Source: an uncultured delta proteobacterium (GTDB taxonomy: Bacteria; Myxococcota_A; Polyangia; Polyangiales; Houyiibacteriaceae). Taken from it: a DNA stretch of 64,000 bases. The position numbers and the translations under genes are program-made. Under the pieces are notes generated by a model. It saw only the letters and a program-made list of their open reading frames with translations, was not told the origin of the DNA and searched no databases. Location of the stretch: NCBI GenBank assembly GCA_963699755.1, contig CAVOVB010000010.1, forward strand, positions 192,001-256,000. The letters are read 5' to 3'. Below, one piece after another: positions 10,296-21,565 of the stretch (position 1 is the stretch's first letter; every line of letters begins with the position of its first letter).

Positions 10296-13070
10296 ATGCG
10301 AGATCACCCCTACGCACCATTCATCGATCGCGTGCACAAACCCTCCCAATATCTTGGCGGCGAGCAGGGAATCACAAGCAAAGGCTGGGATACGGTGAGC
10401 TGCCGAATCTGCCTTGCCTTCCCCGACCTCTATGAAATCGGGATGAGTCACCTCGGCTACAAAATCATCTACGACGTCGTGAATCGGCAACAGGAGCTCT
10501 CGGCGGAACGGGCGTACGCGGTATGGGAAGACATGGAACGGGAGCTCCGTTCGCACCAGGTACCCCTATGCTCACTCGAGAGCGCCCGTCCCCTCCGGGA
10601 TTTCGACATCTTGGGCTTCTCCCTTCAATACGAGCTCACCTACACCAACATCCTGCAGATGCTCGAGCTCGGGTGTGTCCCGCTACGCGCAGACGAGCGC
10701 AACGATGCCGACCCGCTGGTAGTCGCCGGAGGACCGACCGCAACTCACGCTGAACCGATCGCACCTTTCATCGATGCGTTTTTCATCGGCGACGGTGAGG
10801 CCAAAGTCCCCCAGCTCATGCAAGCCTGGACCGAGATGAAACATGAAGGCCTGCCACGAGCGGAGCGGCTGCTTCGAGTCGCCAAGCTCGGCGGCTTCTA
10901 CGTGCCTTCGCTCTACCAGAGCGTGCCGACGGAGGAAACGAAGATTCATGTCGTTGAACCGGTCCACCCGGAGGCACCCTTCCCGGTTCGTCGCGCGATC
11001 GTCGAAGACTTGAACGACTTTCCCTTCCCTGTAGACGGTCCAATCGCCAACTGCCAGACGGTGTTCGACCGTGCTTCGATTGAGGTCGCCCGTGGTTGCA
11101 CCGAAGGCTGCCGGTTTTGCCAAGCCGGGATGATTTACCGCCCGGTCCGTGAGCGAAAGCCAAGGGCCATCATCGACGCCATGCTGCGATCGGTCTCTGA
11201 AGCGGGCTACGACGAAGCTTCCCTGACCTCCCTCTCCACCGCGGACTACAGCGCGATCGCACCGCTGGTCCACGAATCCATCGAGGCGCTAGCCCCGCAC
11301 CAGGTGTCCCTCAGCATCTCTTCGCTTCGCGCCTACGGGCTCAGCGAGGACGTCCTCGACGACATGAAACGACAGCGGGCGGGAGGCTTGACCTTCGCGC
11401 CTGAGGCCGGCAGCCAGCGCATGCGCGATGTGGTGAACAAGAACGTCACCGATGAGCAACTCATGGAAACCGCTGAGCGCGTGTTCTCGCGGGGCTGGAA
11501 CAAGATGAAGCTCTACTTCATGATCGGTCTGCCGAGCGAAAAAGATGAGGATGTTCGGGACATCGTGCGCACTGGCGCTAGGGCTCTCGATGTCGCCCGT
11601 CGGATTCAGCGAAGCAAGCGCGCGCGTGTAACGGTCAGCGTTTCGACGCACGTTCCGAAACCACACACTCCCTTTCAATGGTGCGCGATGGATTCCCAGG
11701 AGGAAATTCGCCGCAAGCAATCCATCCTTCGTCAGGAGGCTGACAGCACAGGCGTGCAACTCAAGATGCACAAATCCGATGGATCCTGGCTCGAAGGCAT
11801 GCTCGCACGGGGCGACCGCCGCTTGGCCTCGGTGATCCACGGAGCATACCTGCGCGGCGCGCGCTTCGACTCCTGGGATGAGAAGCTCGACCTCGACGCT
11901 TGGACCAGAACGCTCGAAGAGACGAAGATCGATCCCGCCTGGTTTCTCGGAACGATTCCTGTGTCCGCGAAGCTGGCCTGGTCTCACATCGACGTCGGGC
12001 TCGAGCATGGATTTCTAGCGCGAGAGTATCGCAAGGCGCTTCGCGACCGATTGAGCCCTCCGTGCGGCAAGACGGTCGGCAGCTTCGTGCATCACACGAA
12101 CGTGCAGGACGCAGAGGCCGAGAAGCGTCGCCTCGTCTGCTACGACTGCGGCATCGCCTGCGACCTGACCCGGATGAAGGATGAAAGGATCCAACACCTG
12201 AGGAGCATGAACGCGCTTGCGCCCCTAGAGGCACCCCATTGTCCTCAGCACGCCGACGACGACCTAGTCGACCGGCGCCCGCTCCATGGCGTCGACCAGG
12301 GTCCCGCGATGCGCGTCCGACTCGGCTACCGAAAGCTCGGCCGTACGGCCTACGCGTCTCACCTCGATCTCGTGCGTAGCTTCCCGCGGATGCTTCGACG
12401 CTTGGGGCTTCCCCTCTTTTACAGCGAAGGCTTTCGTCCGCTCCCGCGCCTCACCTTTGGGCCCGCGCTTCCCGTCGGAACCGCCAGCCTTTGCGAGCAC
12501 GTCGACATCAGGCTTCGAGCTTCCGAGAACCCCGACCTCGAACGACTCTGTGAGCGATTGAACCAAGTTGCAATCGATGGAATCGAGTTCTTCGGCCACA
12601 GGGTCCTCGGCCCTCACGACGCCGCCCTCAACCGGGTGATCGAGGAAACCGAGTTCGTCGTCGCGTTGTCGAAGCACGAGCTCGCGAGTCTCGGCATCGC
12701 AGATGAGGCAGCGCTAAAAGCGATACTGAGCAAGCGACCGTCCGAGCTCCACATCGATCGAGACATCAAGGGCGTGAAGAAGCGCGTCGACGTCGGCGCC
12801 GCTCTCATCGACATCCGTGTCGGCGAAGGCGAGGAAGCGCTAGCCGAGGCTGGCCTCGCGGGCGCTTTGTTGCCGGTGACCATCAGGCTCCGTCTCGGGG
12901 GCAAGACCACACCCCGCCCCGGCGAGGTACTTCGGGCGCTGACGGGAATGGACGAGCGCACCCCTCGGGTGGTGCGGACCGGACTATTCGCGTTGCGGAG
13001 CGCTGGCCCGGTCGCGCCCTTGCAGTTGGAGTCCCTTCGCATCAAGTCACCTCTACAGGCTGCTGAATGA
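10296..13070 (+). CDS. TIGR03960-family radical SAM protein fused to a TIGR03936/DUF2344 domain
   Basis: KPSQYLGGE, FPDLYEIGMSHLG, CTEGCRFC; C-terminal SHLD...YSEGFRPLP...ALPVG. Confidence 0.9.
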   Translation: MRDHPYAPFIDRVHKPSQYLGGEQGITSKGWDTVSCRICLAFPDLYEIGMSHLGYKIIYDVVNRQQELSAERAYAVWEDMERELRSHQVPLCSLESARPLRDFDILGFSLQYELTYTNILQMLELGCVPLRADERNDADPLVVAGGPTATHAEPIAPFIDAFFIGDGEAKVPQLMQAWTEMKHEGLPRAERLLRVAKLGGFYVPSLYQSVPTEETKIHVVEPVHPEAPFPVRRAIVEDLNDFPFPVDGPIANCQTVFDRASIEVARGCTEGCRFCQAGMIYRPVRERKPRAIIDAMLRSVSEAGYDEASLTSLSTADYSAIAPLVHESIEALAPHQVSLSISSLRAYGLSEDVLDDMKRQRAGGLTFAPEAGSQRMRDVVNKNVTDEQLMETAERVFSRGWNKMKLYFMIGLPSEKDEDVRDIVRTGARALDVARRIQRSKRARVTVSVSTHVPKPHTPFQWCAMDSQEEIRRKQSILRQEADSTGVQLKMHKSDGSWLEGMLARGDRRLASVIHGAYLRGARFDSWDEKLDLDAWTRTLEETKIDPAWFLGTIPVSAKLAWSHIDVGLEHGFLAREYRKALRDRLSPPCGKTVGSFVHHTNVQDAEAEKRRLVCYDCGIACDLTRMKDERIQHLRSMNALAPLEAPHCPQHADDDLVDRRPLHGVDQGPAMRVRLGYRKLGRTAYASHLDLVRSFPRMLRRLGLPLFYSEGFRPLPRLTFGPALPVGTASLCEHVDIRLRASENPDLERLCERLNQVAIDGIEFFGHRVLGPHDAALNRVIEETEFVVALSKHELASLGIADEAALKAILSKRPSELHIDRDIKGVKKRVDVGAALIDIRVGEGEEALAEAGLAGALLPVTIRLRLGGKTTPRPGEVLRALTGMDERTPRVVRTGLFALRSAGPVAPLQLESLRIKSPLQAAE

Positions 13071-13681
13071 CCGACCGTTTCGACATCTTGCGCAGTTGGG
13101 TTCGCCTCGCGGCGGACCGGGCTGTGGACCGCCTCACCAGCACCAAACTCGCCGCAGCGACGAAGCAGGTGCTCGAACGTCTAATCCAGCAGCGATGGCG
13201 ATTGAGCGACGAGTTGCTGACCGCCGCGGCAGCTCACGCAGAAGGCGTCGATTCCGCGATGGTTTCCTGTCGCTCGGGCAGGATGTTCGTGGACGCATCG
13301 ATGACCAACGGCAGGGAGGTCCAGTTCAGCTTGGCGCCACACGCCGTTCGGTTTGCACCCCGAGGCGCCAAAGAAATTTCCTTCGACGTCGAGCCTCCAG
13401 ATGCGCACGACACTTCGATCGTCGGCGCCCTGGCGGCCTGCATCGCGAGGGCGACTTGGCCGATGATCGCGTCGCCGGACTTAGGCGACCTGGGCGGCGC
13501 CATCGTCGAGCGTGAAAGCGCCGGCCGCCTGCGAGTCGACCTCCGAAGCGTTCCCGCCGTCCGCCGTTTCGCGTCCACCCAAGCCGCTGCCATGGTATTC
13601 GACCTGCTCGAGCTCGAATCAATCCGGGTAGAGGCGGGCGCCCTCGCCCTGAAGCTCAAGCTCCCGCAGCTAGCGCCGTAG
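13067..13681 (+). CDS. Hypothetical protein
   Basis: ATGA overlap with the upstream gene and protein-like composition; no recognised motif. Confidence 0.7.
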   Translation: MTDRFDILRSWVRLAADRAVDRLTSTKLAAATKQVLERLIQQRWRLSDELLTAAAAHAEGVDSAMVSCRSGRMFVDASMTNGREVQFSLAPHAVRFAPRGAKEISFDVEPPDAHDTSIVGALAACIARATWPMIASPDLGDLGGAIVERESAGRLRVDLRSVPAVRRFASTQAAAMVFDLLELESIRVEAGALALKLKLPQLAP

Positions 13682-13712
13682 TTCGACCCTCTGTTGGACG
13701 CCTGGCAGGACT

Positions 13713-15386
13713 TTACAGCTCTTCTCTCCATTTCTGCGACAGCGCGACCTCGGCCTTGTAATCGTCGACTGAGTGCTGACGCTCCTCTTCGGACCAGCCA
13801 ATCAGCTCCGCCATCCGAGTCGCGACCTTTTCGACGGAGCCGAGCCCCTGCTCGAAGTCCCGGAAGAAGATCTGCGTCCGCCGAATCATCACGTCGCTGA
13901 CGCTTGCGGCAAGCTCTTCCCGAACTCCGAAATCGACCTGCGCCATGATCTCCAAGCGTCCAGGCACGATCGGCTCGGCCAGAGCAGGATCGGCCTCGCA
14001 GAGCTTGGCAAGCTCGAGCGCCCGCATGCCGTAAGTATCGACCAAATGGCGGCCAACTTCTTTCGAGAGCGCGCAATCACATTGCGCCGCCATTTCGACC
14101 ACCACCCTCTCGTGGTCATCATCTTCGGGCCAGCCGACCGCTCCCGGAAGCGGAAACTTGAAGGTTTGGCCGGACCGGAGGTGTTCGGGAAGCGCACCCG
14201 AGAGCTTGAGCAAATTGACGGCCACATCCACGCACTCTTTTGCCATCTTCCGATAGGTCGTGAGCTTGCCGCCGGCAATGGTGATCAAGCCATCTTCGCC
14301 GATGACGATCTGATGCTCGCGGCTGACCTGCGACTCGGACATTTCTCCGAGCTCGGGTTCGGGCGCGATGAGCGGGCGCAGCCCGGCCCAGGTGGAGATC
14401 ACGTCGTCATGACGAATTTTCTTGGTTGGGAAGTAGTAATTCGAGGCGTCGATGAGGTAGTCGACGTCTGCGAGCGTTGCGGCCTCTCGGCCGGGTGCGC
14501 CGTCGTAGTCGGTGTCGGTCGTGCCTATATAGGTGCGTTCGCCCCAGGGTAGTGCGAAGAGAACACGATCGTCTTCTGGATGGAAGAGCACGACGGCATG
14601 CTCGACCGGAAGCTTCTCCCGCTCAACGACGATGTGAATACCCTTGGTCGGACGGAGCATCTTGCTCTTTCGCGGGCCGCTCATCGCCAGCACCTCGTCC
14701 GTCCATGGACCGGTTGCATTGATGACCGTGTGTGCCTTCACCTCGCGAAGGCTTCGGTCGCGCTGGTTCTTCACGACCACTCCGGAAACGCGGCCTTGGT
14801 CGTTCTTGGTGAGCGCTTCGACACGAGCCCAGTTCACCACCACGCCGCCGTTTTGGATCGCATCGATGATCGTTTCGAGCGTGAGCCGAGCGTCGTCTGT
14901 GGAGCAGTCGTAGTAGACGGGAGCGCCTTGCAGTCCCTCCTGCTTGAGGAGCGGCTCCTCTTCGGCGACCTCACTGGGTTTCAAGGTGCGGTGGCGCTTC
15001 GGCGAACGAAACAGCGCCAGGCCATCGTAGAGCCACATGCCGGCGCTGATCATGCGCAAGCTCTTTCGCGAGCCCTGAAAGACGGGAAACAAGAAGGCGA
15101 GCGGATTCACGAGATGCGGCGCGAGGTCCATGACGACACGGCGCTCGCTCACCGACTCGAAGACCAAGCTGAACTCGTAGCTCTCGAGGTAGCGGAGCCC
15201 TCCGTGGATGAGCTTGCTAGAACGGGAGCTCGTTCCGTACGCGATGTCGTTTTGCTCGAACAGCGCCACGCGCATTCCGCGCCGCGCCGCATCTCGTACG
15301 ATCCCGGCGCCTGTAATACCGCCGCCAATGACGACGAGGTCGACTTCTTCGGGGACTTGCTCCCACATCTCTTCACGCGAAGGCAT
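13713..15386 (-). CDS. glpD: FAD-dependent glycerol-3-phosphate dehydrogenase
   Basis: IGGGITG, GTSSRSSKLIHGGLRYLE, AGLRPL and GGKLTTYR; start MPSREE at 15386 overlaps the cysC stop. Confidence 0.93.
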   Translation of the reverse strand: MPSREEMWEQVPEEVDLVVIGGGITGAGIVRDAARRGMRVALFEQNDIAYGTSSRSSKLIHGGLRYLESYEFSLVFESVSERRVVMDLAPHLVNPLAFLFPVFQGSRKSLRMISAGMWLYDGLALFRSPKRHRTLKPSEVAEEEPLLKQEGLQGAPVYYDCSTDDARLTLETIIDAIQNGGVVVNWARVEALTKNDQGRVSGVVVKNQRDRSLREVKAHTVINATGPWTDEVLAMSGPRKSKMLRPTKGIHIVVEREKLPVEHAVVLFHPEDDRVLFALPWGERTYIGTTDTDYDGAPGREAATLADVDYLIDASNYYFPTKKIRHDDVISTWAGLRPLIAPEPELGEMSESQVSREHQIVIGEDGLITIAGGKLTTYRKMAKECVDVAVNLLKLSGALPEHLRSGQTFKFPLPGAVGWPEDDDHERVVVEMAAQCDCALSKEVGRHLVDTYGMRALELAKLCEADPALAEPIVPGRLEIMAQVDFGVREELAASVSDVMIRRTQIFFRDFEQGLGSVEKVATRMAELIGWSEEERQHSVDDYKAEVALSQKWREEL

Positions 15387-16000
15387 CAGGGTTCTCCTAG
15401 GATGTTCTGTTCTTCCAAGTAACGAATCACGAGACCAGCCGCTTCGTCGACGCTGAGGTGCGCGGTCTGAAGGCGAATCTCCGGATGCTCCGGAGCTTCG
15501 TACGGCGCGTCGAGCCCCGTGAAGTTCGAAATCTCGCCCGCCCTGGCCTTTTTGTATAGACCCTTCGGATCGCGCGCCTCGCAGATCTCGAGGGGGGTGT
15601 CGACGAACACTTCGATGAACTCGCCGGGCTTCATCAACCCGCGCACGCGGTCGCGGTCCGTCCGGTAGGGAGAAATGAAGGCCGACAGGACCAAACCACC
15701 GGCGTCTACAAAGAGTCGCGCAACCTCCCCGATGCGCCGAATGTTCTCGACCCTGTCTTCTGGAGCGAAGCCGAGATCGCTGTTGAGCCCTTGCCTTATA
15801 TTGTCGCCGTCGAGCACGTAGGCGAAGGCGCCGCGCTCGATCAGCATCCGCTCGACGCGATGCCCGATGGTGCTCTTGCCAGACCCCGAAAGGCCCGTGA
15901 ACCACAGGACGGCGCCACGATGCCCGTGTGCGGCCGCGCGGGCCTCCGGGTCGACCTCGCCGATGTGCCAGGTCAGGTTTTCGGACTTGGGCGCGCTCAT
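15386..16000 (-). CDS. cysC: Adenylyl-sulfate kinase
   Basis: [26 protein letters not shown] and [10 protein letters not shown]. Confidence 0.95.
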   Translation of the reverse strand: MSAPKSENLTWHIGEVDPEARAAAHGHRGAVLWFTGLSGSGKSTIGHRVERMLIERGAFAYVLDGDNIRQGLNSDLGFAPEDRVENIRRIGEVARLFVDAGGLVLSAFISPYRTDRDRVRGLMKPGEFIEVFVDTPLEICEARDPKGLYKKARAGEISNFTGLDAPYEAPEHPEIRLQTAHLSVDEAAGLVIRYLEEQNILGEP

Positions 16001-16036
16001 GGCGCGGAACATAGCCTCGCTCCCCCGGGGAGCAAG

Positions 16037-17050
16037 CTAGTCGGCAAGCAGCTCCGCCAGGGCCAGCACCGTCAGCGGAGAGGAGCCCTCGGCCTTGTTG
16101 TTCACGATCACGTAGCACTCGATGTCGCGCTCGAGGGCAGCTCGAACCAGCCGGACGACGTCCTGCCGCATCTCGGACTGGGGCTCGACCAATCGGTCGA
16201 AGGGAGCGTATGCCTCTTTGAGCTCTGCGTAGCGCTGCCCAGGGGGTAGCAGCAGCCGAATGACGAGCGGCGAGGCTCCGACCAAGCCATCGACACGCAT
16301 TTGGTCGGCGATCCGGGGCATCCGCGACCAGTAATTGAAAACGTGACTGGCACCGTGCTTCTGAAGCGTCCTCGCATATTGGGTGGTCAGCAACTTGCGA
16401 TCGCGAAGCTCGACTGCGAAAGGAAAGTCTTTCGGCGCAGCCTCGAGAAATGCGTCGAGCTTCTCGCAGAACCAAGTCGGGTCGAGCGGCGATGGGGACG
16501 GCGCAATCTCGACGATCCATGGGCCCATGTGCCGACTGAAGGCCCTGCGCGCCGGCTCGTGGACCGCGTGCGCAAAGAGCTCCGCATCGAGAAAGCTAGG
16601 ATTCTCCTTGCCGGCGTCCTCTCCGTAGCGATGGTGTCTCGGGTACCCCGGCATCGTGACGCGTTGCCATACTTTCACGGCGGCGCGGAAGTCATCGGGA
16701 AGCAGCCGAGAGTATGCCGCAAGCTCTTCCTCGGGAACAGGCTGGTAATAGCCTCGATCCACGCCGACCGTTCTCATCAGTGGGTGCTGGGCGTACTCGC
16801 CCAGAGATTCGCGAAGAAAGGCGCGCTGGTTCGCATACCGCCGGCGATAGACGAGGCCGGCCCATCCAGGAAAGGTCCAGCTCGATGTGCCGAAGCGAAG
16901 CTTCGAAGGAAGGCGGTCGCGAATCGATTCGAGCTCACGCTGCGCGTCCTCAACCAGATCGGCAGCCTGTTGCCCGGGCTGGTCGAAGAGCCCGAGCTGC
17001 GACTCCTCGTCGCCAAAAAGAGGGCTCTTAGGGCGCCGCCGCCGAGTCAT
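16037..17050 (-). CDS. DUF72 domain protein
   Basis: RFGTSSW...W, AVELR, IRL and NN motifs of DUF72. Confidence 0.85.
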   Translation of the reverse strand: MTRRRRPKSPLFGDEESQLGLFDQPGQQAADLVEDAQRELESIRDRLPSKLRFGTSSWTFPGWAGLVYRRRYANQRAFLRESLGEYAQHPLMRTVGVDRGYYQPVPEEELAAYSRLLPDDFRAAVKVWQRVTMPGYPRHHRYGEDAGKENPSFLDAELFAHAVHEPARRAFSRHMGPWIVEIAPSPSPLDPTWFCEKLDAFLEAAPKDFPFAVELRDRKLLTTQYARTLQKHGASHVFNYWSRMPRIADQMRVDGLVGASPLVIRLLLPPGQRYAELKEAYAPFDRLVEPQSEMRQDVVRLVRAALERDIECYVIVNNKAEGSSPLTVLALAELLAD

Positions 17051-18159
17051 TCCTGACCGTTACGCCGAACTGCGATGTTGTGCTGACGAAGCGTCTTGCT
17101 GAAGTGGTGCTGCCCTCCGCCCCGTGCGACGAAGTAGAAGTATTCATGCTTTTCCGGTTTGATGACCGCAGCGATTGACGCCGCTCCCGGATTGCTGATC
17201 GGACCTGGTGGCAGCCCCGAATGCCGATAGGTGTTGTACGGGTTTTCGGCATCGTCCAGCATCGCCCGGGTGATTTGGCCGTCGTAGCCCGCGCACGATG
17301 GCGCGGCTTCGGGGACTGACATACAACCGTATTGGACCGTTGGATCGGCTTGAAGTCGTCGACGCGGCAAGAAGCGGCGGGAGTTCAGTCGGTTCCAAAA
17401 CACGCCGGCGATCCTGGCCCGCTCTGCCGGCACCGCGGCTTCTTTTTCGACGATGGAAGCCAAGGTGATGATGTCGTGCGTCGTCCAGTCCTTCAGCTGG
17501 GCGAGCTCTGCGGCATACTTCTCCTCGAGCTCTTCGTACCTGCGAGTCCAGTTCGCCAACATCCGTTCGACGACTCGTCTGGGCTTGGTCTGATCGTCGA
17601 ACTCGTAGGTATCGGGAAAGAGATACCCCTCGGCGTCGTTGGCTTCGACACCATAGCTCGCAAGCAGGGCCGCATCTTCGCTCGCATCGAGAAAATCGTC
17701 CGCCGAGCAAACCCCGTACTCTTCGAGGCGGTCCGCGATCTCGAATCGTGAAAAACCTTCCGGGATCAGCAGCCGCACCTGAATGCGGCCCAGGCGCGTC
17801 GTCGCGTGACGCGCAACCTCTTCGGGTGTCATCGGCACGCGGAACCGCACCTTGCCTTGACGAAGGTGCCGGTCGAGGCCGCGCATGCGCATGTAGAGAG
17901 ACCAGACTCTCGGGTCATCGATGACCCCTTCGCTCCTGAGCTCCCCGGCGAGCTTGCGGAGGGTCGTCCCTTCCGAAACCTCGATCACGACTTCCTCGAC
18001 CCCCGCGGAAGGGCCCCCGCTATCGGGGTAGATGACGAACAGCCAGCCGAGCGCGCCGAGAAGGCCGAGGATGGCGATCAGCGTGACGAGGCTAAGGGCT
18101 CGTCCGATGGTCGCTCCAACGTCGCTCTCCACCTTGATGGGCTGTCCGGGTCCTTCCAC
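17047..18159 (-). CDS. mltG: Endolytic transglycosylase MltG
   Basis: N-terminal TM, EGYLFPDTY, ASIVEKEA, LQADPT and NPYNTY...GLPPGPISNPG. Confidence 0.95.
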   Translation of the reverse strand: MEGPGQPIKVESDVGATIGRALSLVTLIAILGLLGALGWLFVIYPDSGGPSAGVEEVVIEVSEGTTLRKLAGELRSEGVIDDPRVWSLYMRMRGLDRHLRQGKVRFRVPMTPEEVARHATTRLGRIQVRLLIPEGFSRFEIADRLEEYGVCSADDFLDASEDAALLASYGVEANDAEGYLFPDTYEFDDQTKPRRVVERMLANWTRRYEELEEKYAAELAQLKDWTTHDIITLASIVEKEAAVPAERARIAGVFWNRLNSRRFLPRRRLQADPTVQYGCMSVPEAAPSCAGYDGQITRAMLDDAENPYNTYRHSGLPPGPISNPGAASIAAVIKPEKHEYFYFVARGGGQHHFSKTLRQHNIAVRRNGQE

Positions 18160-18168
18160 GCTCCGACC

Positions 18169-18582
18169 TCAATTGGCGTCTAGATACCCTTGTAGCAAAA
18201 TTGTCGCCGCTGATTGATCGACAACTTCACGGCCTTTGGCCCCTCGGCGACCCATTGCACGGAGTGAGCGCTCCGCCGCCACGGTGGTCAGGCGCTCGTC
18301 CCAGAACCTGACCTCGACGCCGAGTACTCGTCCGAGGATTTCGCCGAAGGCCCGCGCGCGCCGGGCTGCCTCCCCTTCGCTGCCATCGAGTCGTAGAGGT
18401 AGCCCTACCACGGCCAAGCCAACATCGTCATCACGGAGCGCGTGCAGCACCCTTCTTGCTGCCTCTTCGGGGCTGCCCCGCGCCTGAACAGTCTCTCGGG
18501 GAAAGGCGATCGAGCGGAGCTCGTCCGAGATCGCGATGCCTATCCGGGCCTCGCCCGGGTCGATTCCGACGATTCGACTCAT
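18169..18582 (-). CDS. ruvX: Holliday junction resolvase-like/pre-16S rRNA nuclease YqgF
   Basis: GIDPGEARIGIAISD, VVGLP, WDERLTT and DQSAA. Confidence 0.93.
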   Translation of the reverse strand: MSRIVGIDPGEARIGIAISDELRSIAFPRETVQARGSPEEAARRVLHALRDDDVGLAVVGLPLRLDGSEGEAARRARAFGEILGRVLGVEVRFWDERLTTVAAERSLRAMGRRGAKGREVVDQSAATILLQGYLDAN

Positions 18583-18583
18583 T

Positions 18584-20020
18584 TCAGCCTCCGACCACGG
18601 GCTGCGGCCCACCATCGGGAGGCGGAGCCGGTCGACTCGACGCGATTCGCTGACTGAGCAGCGGCAACACGTAGGGGAAGCCGACTTGGAATTGATCGAC
18701 GTCGGGCGCGATTTGCCCTGCTAGCCAGAACATCATCACGGCCGCTCGCTCTACGTAGAACCAACCGTCCGGATAGTGGAACGAGCGCATCAAGGTCCGA
18801 AGCTCGCGGCGTTCGACCTCGGGGTCGGCCAGTGCTTCGAGCTCTCTCGAATTGGCATTCATGAGCGCGCCTGGGGTGCGCTCTTTTAGCTTAAGGAGCT
18901 TCTGGAAATACGTTTTCACCGTCTGCTCGAGCAGCGCCCGGTCGCCGCCCTCTGCTACGAAGCCCATCGCCTCGATGCCCTCCATCGCCAAAGAGTCGTT
19001 CTGCTCGAAGAATCCGCGAAGGACGTCCACCATCCCATAGACGGTCTTGTCATCGACTTCGCTGATGGCGCCAAAGTCGAGCACCACGAGCTTGGCGTCG
19101 TCGGAGCCTGCTACCGGTTGGACGAGGAAGTTGCCCGGATGTGGATCCGCATGGAAAAAGCGGTCGACGAAGAGCTGCTTGTAGAAACTCTTCACGAGCC
19201 GCTCGGCAAGCTTGTGCAGATCGACCCCGCGTTCCCGAATCGCGTCTACGTGTGTGATCTTGATGCCCTCCATGAAGGTCATCGTGAGCACGTCTCGAGT
19301 CGTGGCCTCCGCGATCACTTCGGGGAACAGAATGTGATCATCGTCAGCGAAGTTCGCGGACATGCGGCGCATACAATCAGCCTCGTGCAAATAGTCCGTC
19401 TCGCGACGCAAGAGGTCGACGAGCGACGAGTGAACCGCCTCTATGTTTTGCACGGGGACGAACCACTTGTAGACGCGGACCATCAGCTTGACCACGCGCA
19501 TGTCGATACGGACGATGTCGCGAATCCCAGGGTACAAGACCTTGACCGCGACCTTGCGGCCGTCGTCCATGTAGGCGACGTGCACCTGCCCCAAGGAGGC
19601 CGCTGCAACCGGCTCACGCTCCATGTTTCGAAAAAACGCCTCAGGTGGGCCGCCGAGGCTCTCGATGAAAGCCTGCTCGATCTCGTCGAACGAGTGCGGC
19701 GGAACGGCGTCCTGGAGAGTCTCGAGACGCTTGATGTAGACCGACGGCAGGAAGCCGCCCATGATCGACAAGACCTGCCCCAACTTGATGTAGACCCCCC
19801 GCAGCTTGAGCATCCCCGCGAGCATTCGCTTCGAGTTGTTTTCGTCGACCCGGAACTGACGTCGTGCCAGCCAGGCGGGGACGACGGGCTCCTCGCGCCC
19901 TGTCTCGCGATCGTGACGCCAGCGTCGGAAAACCTTCAGGAGGCCCAATTGCACCAAGTAGCTGGCGAGAATGACGCCAAAGGTGAGTTGGGCACGGACA
20001 AGGCGGATGAATAGTTTCAT
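18584..20020 (-). CDS. ABC1/UbiB/AarF-family atypical kinase
   Basis: YIKLGQ, AASLGQVH, VAVKV, HADPHPGN and LDFG; start MKLF at 20020. Confidence 0.9.
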   Translation of the reverse strand: MKLFIRLVRAQLTFGVILASYLVQLGLLKVFRRWRHDRETGREEPVVPAWLARRQFRVDENNSKRMLAGMLKLRGVYIKLGQVLSIMGGFLPSVYIKRLETLQDAVPPHSFDEIEQAFIESLGGPPEAFFRNMEREPVAAASLGQVHVAYMDDGRKVAVKVLYPGIRDIVRIDMRVVKLMVRVYKWFVPVQNIEAVHSSLVDLLRRETDYLHEADCMRRMSANFADDDHILFPEVIAEATTRDVLTMTFMEGIKITHVDAIRERGVDLHKLAERLVKSFYKQLFVDRFFHADPHPGNFLVQPVAGSDDAKLVVLDFGAISEVDDKTVYGMVDVLRGFFEQNDSLAMEGIEAMGFVAEGGDRALLEQTVKTYFQKLLKLKERTPGALMNANSRELEALADPEVERRELRTLMRSFHYPDGWFYVERAAVMMFWLAGQIAPDVDQFQVGFPYVLPLLSQRIASSRPAPPPDGGPQPVVGG

Positions 20021-20110
20021 GCTAGGTGGCGTCGAGGCAAGCGTAGCAGCGATTGGGTAGCGGCCCACCGCTTTGGCTGCGGCGCCCGATCGGTATAAGG
20101 TTGTAAGGTA

Positions 20111-21511
20111 GTGTCGGGTAGTCCAAGCCGGAAGCTCCGGGAAAAACTGCATAGCGCCCTGCGTAGGGAGCGGCTCACGGAAGCGCTGCGCCTGTACGAG
20201 GCACTCGAAGAGGTGGAGCCCCACGAAGCTCGCTGGCCGCATCGTAAAGGCGACCTCCTGAAGCGTCTAGGACGACCCCACGATGCAGTCGAGGCCTATG
20301 AGCACGCAATCGACCTCTATGCGCAACAAGGTTTCGTGGCCCGCGCGGCGGCGATGGCCAAGGTGGTGATGGGCATCGTTCCGGAGCGCGACGAAGTCCT
20401 CTCGCGCGTGAATCCGGACACCGCGCGCAGGCTCCACCGCTCGACGAGGTCGACGGTCGTCACGGCCAATCTAGAGCCAGAGGCTGACAGCCAAGAGATC
20501 ACGCAGACCAAGACCAAACGCATTTCGGCCGACGCGCTTCCGCTGATCGCGGACGAGTCTGCGCTGGATGAGGCGCTCCGATTCACGAGGCCCCCCGACC
20601 CTCGCCGTCCGACACTCGCGCTCGACATCTCGGACGCGGAGCTGCAGGACCGGCTCGCACTGGACGAGGACGGCCTCCACGAGCGACCGACGCCGGAGCA
20701 CCTCGCCCAACTTCCGTCGGTGCCCTTGTTCGCGGAGGTCCCGCAGTCGATCTTGGCCAAGATGGTCAAAGAGTCGCGCCTCGTGAATCTCGAGCCGGGC
20801 GAGAATCTCATCGAGCGCGGCACGACCGCCGATGCGCTCTACGTGCTCGTCGACGGTAGCGTGCAGCTGATTCGAGCCGCCGATGAAGACGCGATGATCT
20901 TTTCGGAAGGCGACGTCGTCGGCATCTCCTGTCTGCTCGAACGCGTTCGCTACGAAGGGGACGTGACGGCGCGAACGAAGGTCAGCGCGCTCCGAATCAG
21001 CAAGCTCTTGCTCGATCGGCTCGTCGCGGAGCACCCCCCTCTGGACGAAGTCTTACTGGAGGTTCTGGGCCGACGTCTGGTGTCGACGTTGGTTCGCACT
21101 GACCCAATGTTTGCGGGGCTCGACAACGGCACGCGCTCGGAGGTCACGGCGATGTTCGAGGTACGCCGCGCCGCTCGGGGGACCGCGATTTTGAAGGCGG
21201 GCAGGAGGGCCGATGGCCTCTACGTCCCCATGGTCGGCGAGTTGATCGCGATCGGGATGGAAGGCGAAGAGCTCGGCAGGCTGAAGCTAGGCCGGGCGCT
21301 CGGTCAGCACTCGATTCTGACCCAAGCTCCGTCGCCCTTCACGGTGATGGCCGCCTCCGATGTCTTGGTCCTTCGGATGTCCGCCCGGCGCTTCCATGAG
21401 GTGGCCTCCAAGCGCCCTTCGGTGATGGCACACCTCGAGGAGCTCGCTAGTAGGCCCGACACCCCCACCTTCTCGCTCATGCCGGCCCCCTTTGGAAAGC
21501 GCAGCGGCTGA
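20111..21511 (+). CDS. N-terminal TPR-like domain plus two cyclic-nucleotide-binding-like domains
   Basis: Helical repeat N-terminus; two cNMP-like repeats (PLFAE...GENLIERG...[10 protein letters not shown] and PMFAG...[12 protein letters not shown]). Confidence 0.8.
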   Translation: MSGSPSRKLREKLHSALRRERLTEALRLYEALEEVEPHEARWPHRKGDLLKRLGRPHDAVEAYEHAIDLYAQQGFVARAAAMAKVVMGIVPERDEVLSRVNPDTARRLHRSTRSTVVTANLEPEADSQEITQTKTKRISADALPLIADESALDEALRFTRPPDPRRPTLALDISDAELQDRLALDEDGLHERPTPEHLAQLPSVPLFAEVPQSILAKMVKESRLVNLEPGENLIERGTTADALYVLVDGSVQLIRAADEDAMIFSEGDVVGISCLLERVRYEGDVTARTKVSALRISKLLLDRLVAEHPPLDEVLLEVLGRRLVSTLVRTDPMFAGLDNGTRSEVTAMFEVRRAARGTAILKAGRRADGLYVPMVGELIAIGMEGEELGRLKLGRALGQHSILTQAPSPFTVMAASDVLVLRMSARRFHEVASKRPSVMAHLEELASRPDTPTFSLMPAPFGKRSG

Positions 21512-21565
21512 GCGCGGGCGGAGGCGAGGTGCGCGGCTCGACGAACCGCCTATACTGCCGCTCCC

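Noticed and set aside
13713..16520. 935-aa ORF suggesting a GlpD fusion
   Set aside because: The N-terminal part is an off-frame read-through of cysC and DUF72; GlpD homology starts at 15386.
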